Below, one piece after another: positions 61,421 through 64,000 of a DNA stretch of 64,000 nucleotides. Position numbers and translations under genes: made by a program. The notes below the pieces were generated by a model. That model saw only the letters and a list, made by a program, of their open reading frames with translations, was not told the origin of the DNA and did no database searches. This stretch comes from Macrostomum lignano (lineage: Eukaryota): contig NIVC01001106.1 in the NCBI GenBank assembly GCA_002269645.1, forward strand, positions 62,001 to 126,000. Direction: 5' to 3'. How positions within the stretch are numbered: the first letter of the stretch is position 1; each line of letters opens with the position of its first letter.

Positions 61421-64000
61421 TTTGTGGTACCATTTTTTACCCAAAATTTTTAAGTCTAAATATAGGCATATTACAAATACTAATACTATGCAAGTTAATA
61501 TTTAAATGAAAGAAAACAACTTAAAGATTATTTTGCAACAAGGAATTAGCGATATATTTACTTTTAGAGAAAGATGTTTGCTGGCAAACTTTGCACTTTA
61601 TATTAGTATGTTTTTTTTGCGAGTTTATATGGTGTTAGAAAAACTTTGAAATCCTTAGAAATACTTCATCTTTTTGAATTGAATAAAAAGTAAAACACAG
61701 ATTACTTTCTGTTTTGTAAGTAGTAAAAAAATTAGCCTTCTCTAAGGCCTACAAGTCTTTTATTAATTGTTTAATAATGAAAAAAAGTGAAACAAAAAAT
61801 TGCAAATCGGTCAACTTGGACTTTCAAAATGATTTTTTGTGGTTTTTTCTTATTTATTCAACAATATAAAGCATGAAAACAATAGTTTTTATCCAGAACT
61901 ATTTTCTAAAGACCTATCTATCTTTCAAAAACCTTTTTTAGATACATTACTTTCCATCGAATGTCTGCAGATTTGTTTTACTGTTTTATCCCACGTTTTT
62001 GGATTTCGCCATTTAAATAAAGAATTATAAAACCAGTATTGTGTAAACTTGATAGAAAGCAATTATTCTAGTAGGTGATTAAAAAGTATGTATGTATTTA
62101 GTCAATATCAAATATCAAATATATAGATAGATAGCAATATTACTATATTAGACATTTAAAATTAGACATTTTTTATATAAATATACCAACTGAAAACAGG
62201 GCATTTAAAGCAAAGATTTAGGTAGGCATTAATTGTTTGTAGGTAAAGTATTTATAATATATGGATAGACATGTAATGCAATAGCAATAGCATTGGTATT
62301 TATAAATGAAAATAGGTACAAACATGCAAAAAGGAGATATAGCAAAAGGGGGTATCTAGCTTTGAGGAGTCTGTCACAATAGATTCGATTGGTGTAAAAG
62401 TAAGATAGGTAGTAACAGCATGGTATACATGGGATATTGTCTAATTTTTCATGTTGGTTGTGGAGGAAGATTATTTATTGAGTTTATAAATCTTCTTAAT
62501 AGCTAGCAGGTCTTTTTTAGTTTTGCTTTTATTTGTTTAACAAATGTGGTGCAAATTATATAGCAAAAAGATTTATGAAGTAAAAGACCATCATTTCCCA
62601 CAGTCTATTTTATTACAGTTATGCTAGAAATCTATGGTATAAGTCTTAAATTAGCTTTAGTATAAATGCCTAGCAGAAAAACCAATTGAAATTTTTTTGG
62701 TTAAAATGGCTAGTATTTTAATTATATAAGATTTTTTGGTATGTTTTCATTGAAAAAACAGAGTCAAACAACATTATAATTCTATACATCTTTCTATAAT
62801 CCAAAAGGTATGTCTTTTATACTTTATAATATTTATGTGCATATTTATTCATTTAACTATTAAAATTAAAACAAAAGCTTTAAACTTTTTAGTAATAAAA
62901 ACTTATATACAAAGTTACATTAGAATCATTGCAATTTTATAAAAAATTATCAATTTTCTTTTAGCATAAGTTCAGGTATAAAACATCCCTATTGGAATAA
63001 ATGTAGAAAACCTGCAGATATGTGATATGGGGTTTAAAATTGTAGCTCAAAAATGCTATACAACACAGACCATGTTAACTTTTATACCAAATACAGATGG
63101 TGTACTAATTAGTTATTCGATGATGAGGCATTTAGCCTTAATAAGACTGTCATAGTTACTCTTGCCATTTACCCAAAACTGCACTGCATTATAACACCAC
63201 CTGCCTTGTCTCTAGCTATGACGCAACATGAGAAAATTCCAAAATTGCAATGGACAGTTGGAGGCCTTTTGTTCCACTTATTACAATAAGGTAAAACACA
63301 GTATGGATTGGTGCCTTTGATTTTATGGGTAAAAAAATATAGAGCAAAAGATAAAAATGAGTATTATAAATTTTAAAGCATTTATAAGAACTCATCAGTC
63401 TCTATATTTAGGGTGCAGTGGCAGATCTAAGAGGCAAAGGAATAGTAGCTATCCTAATAGTAGTAGGTATTCAAAATTTGAGCTTATTTGGGCTTCTTTT
63501 AAGCCAACCTCAAAAGTTTGGCCAATTTGCCCCTCCTCTTCCCTATTTAAAAATCTTAGATCCACCACTTTTTAGGTTTGAGATTTAAGCAATAAAGATT
63601 TTAATATTATATATATTGTGTAATTAGGGTAATGAAGGCTAAAGTTAAGATAAATGCTTATTAGTGACTGATAGGTTAAGCTATGAGATAGAATTACTTT
63701 CATTGTATATTTTAATAAATACATGCCAAACACCTGGCCAACCTAGCCAAATTGACTATGTGGCAAGAGATCTAGCCAAGGTAAGTGGCAAAACTGTCAA
63801 CCCAAAAAAAATTAAATGAAAAAAACAAAAGACAGAGACCATGTCTCAGCCAAAGGCAACTAAAGAGTAGCTAGTGGCAACTAAGTCACAATTTTTGGGC
63901 AAAAATTGAAGTTGCATTGGCTGGGTAAAATTTCAAAGTCAGGCATATATGTTTTGTCACTATGTTTTAGTGAATGCTAGAAAAAACATAATTAAAATTT

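Noticed and set aside
63060-63340. Possible Tc1/mariner fragment (AGGVIM..) or AGAP exon 2
   Set aside because: No DDE motif in register, and no SFVNSQEWTL-like sequence was found anywhere in 59916-64000.

Overview
Animal genomic DNA with spliceosomal GT-AG introns, GC-rich exons and many simple repeats, minisatellites and TE relics. The style fits a free-living flatworm such as Macrostomum (inference only). Five protein-coding genes can be built by hand: a 2-exon GLTP-domain gene (+, 7251-11869); a 4-exon CHIC1/2-like gene (-, 22197-16071); a 5-exon ELMOD3-like gene divergent from CHIC, with a TTGP coding minisatellite (+, 23824-29298); a 2-exon NPY/NPF-type GPCR (+, 37602-44418); and the first coding exon of an AGAP1/3-like ArfGAP (+, 59750-59915), which the ORF track missed. 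Mobile DNA includes decayed MULE, tyrosine-recombinase (Crypton-like) and piggyBac genes, several GGG..CCC Mutator-type non-autonomous elements with 8-9 bp TSDs, two tRNA-derived SINE families (3 copies each), two solo-LTR-like inserts inside (GACA)n tracts, and a foldback-like inverted pair of tandem arrays. The most notable signals are (1) sharply bounded CpG-free, TpA-rich domains where TE copies show CpG transitions and apparently CpA/TpG transitions too, (2) the 2.2-kb inverted-array hairpin, and (3) partially complementary intronic arrays flanking the catalytic exon of ELMOD3. No CRISPR array, rRNA gene or true tRNA gene was found. All counts and alignments were made by eye.
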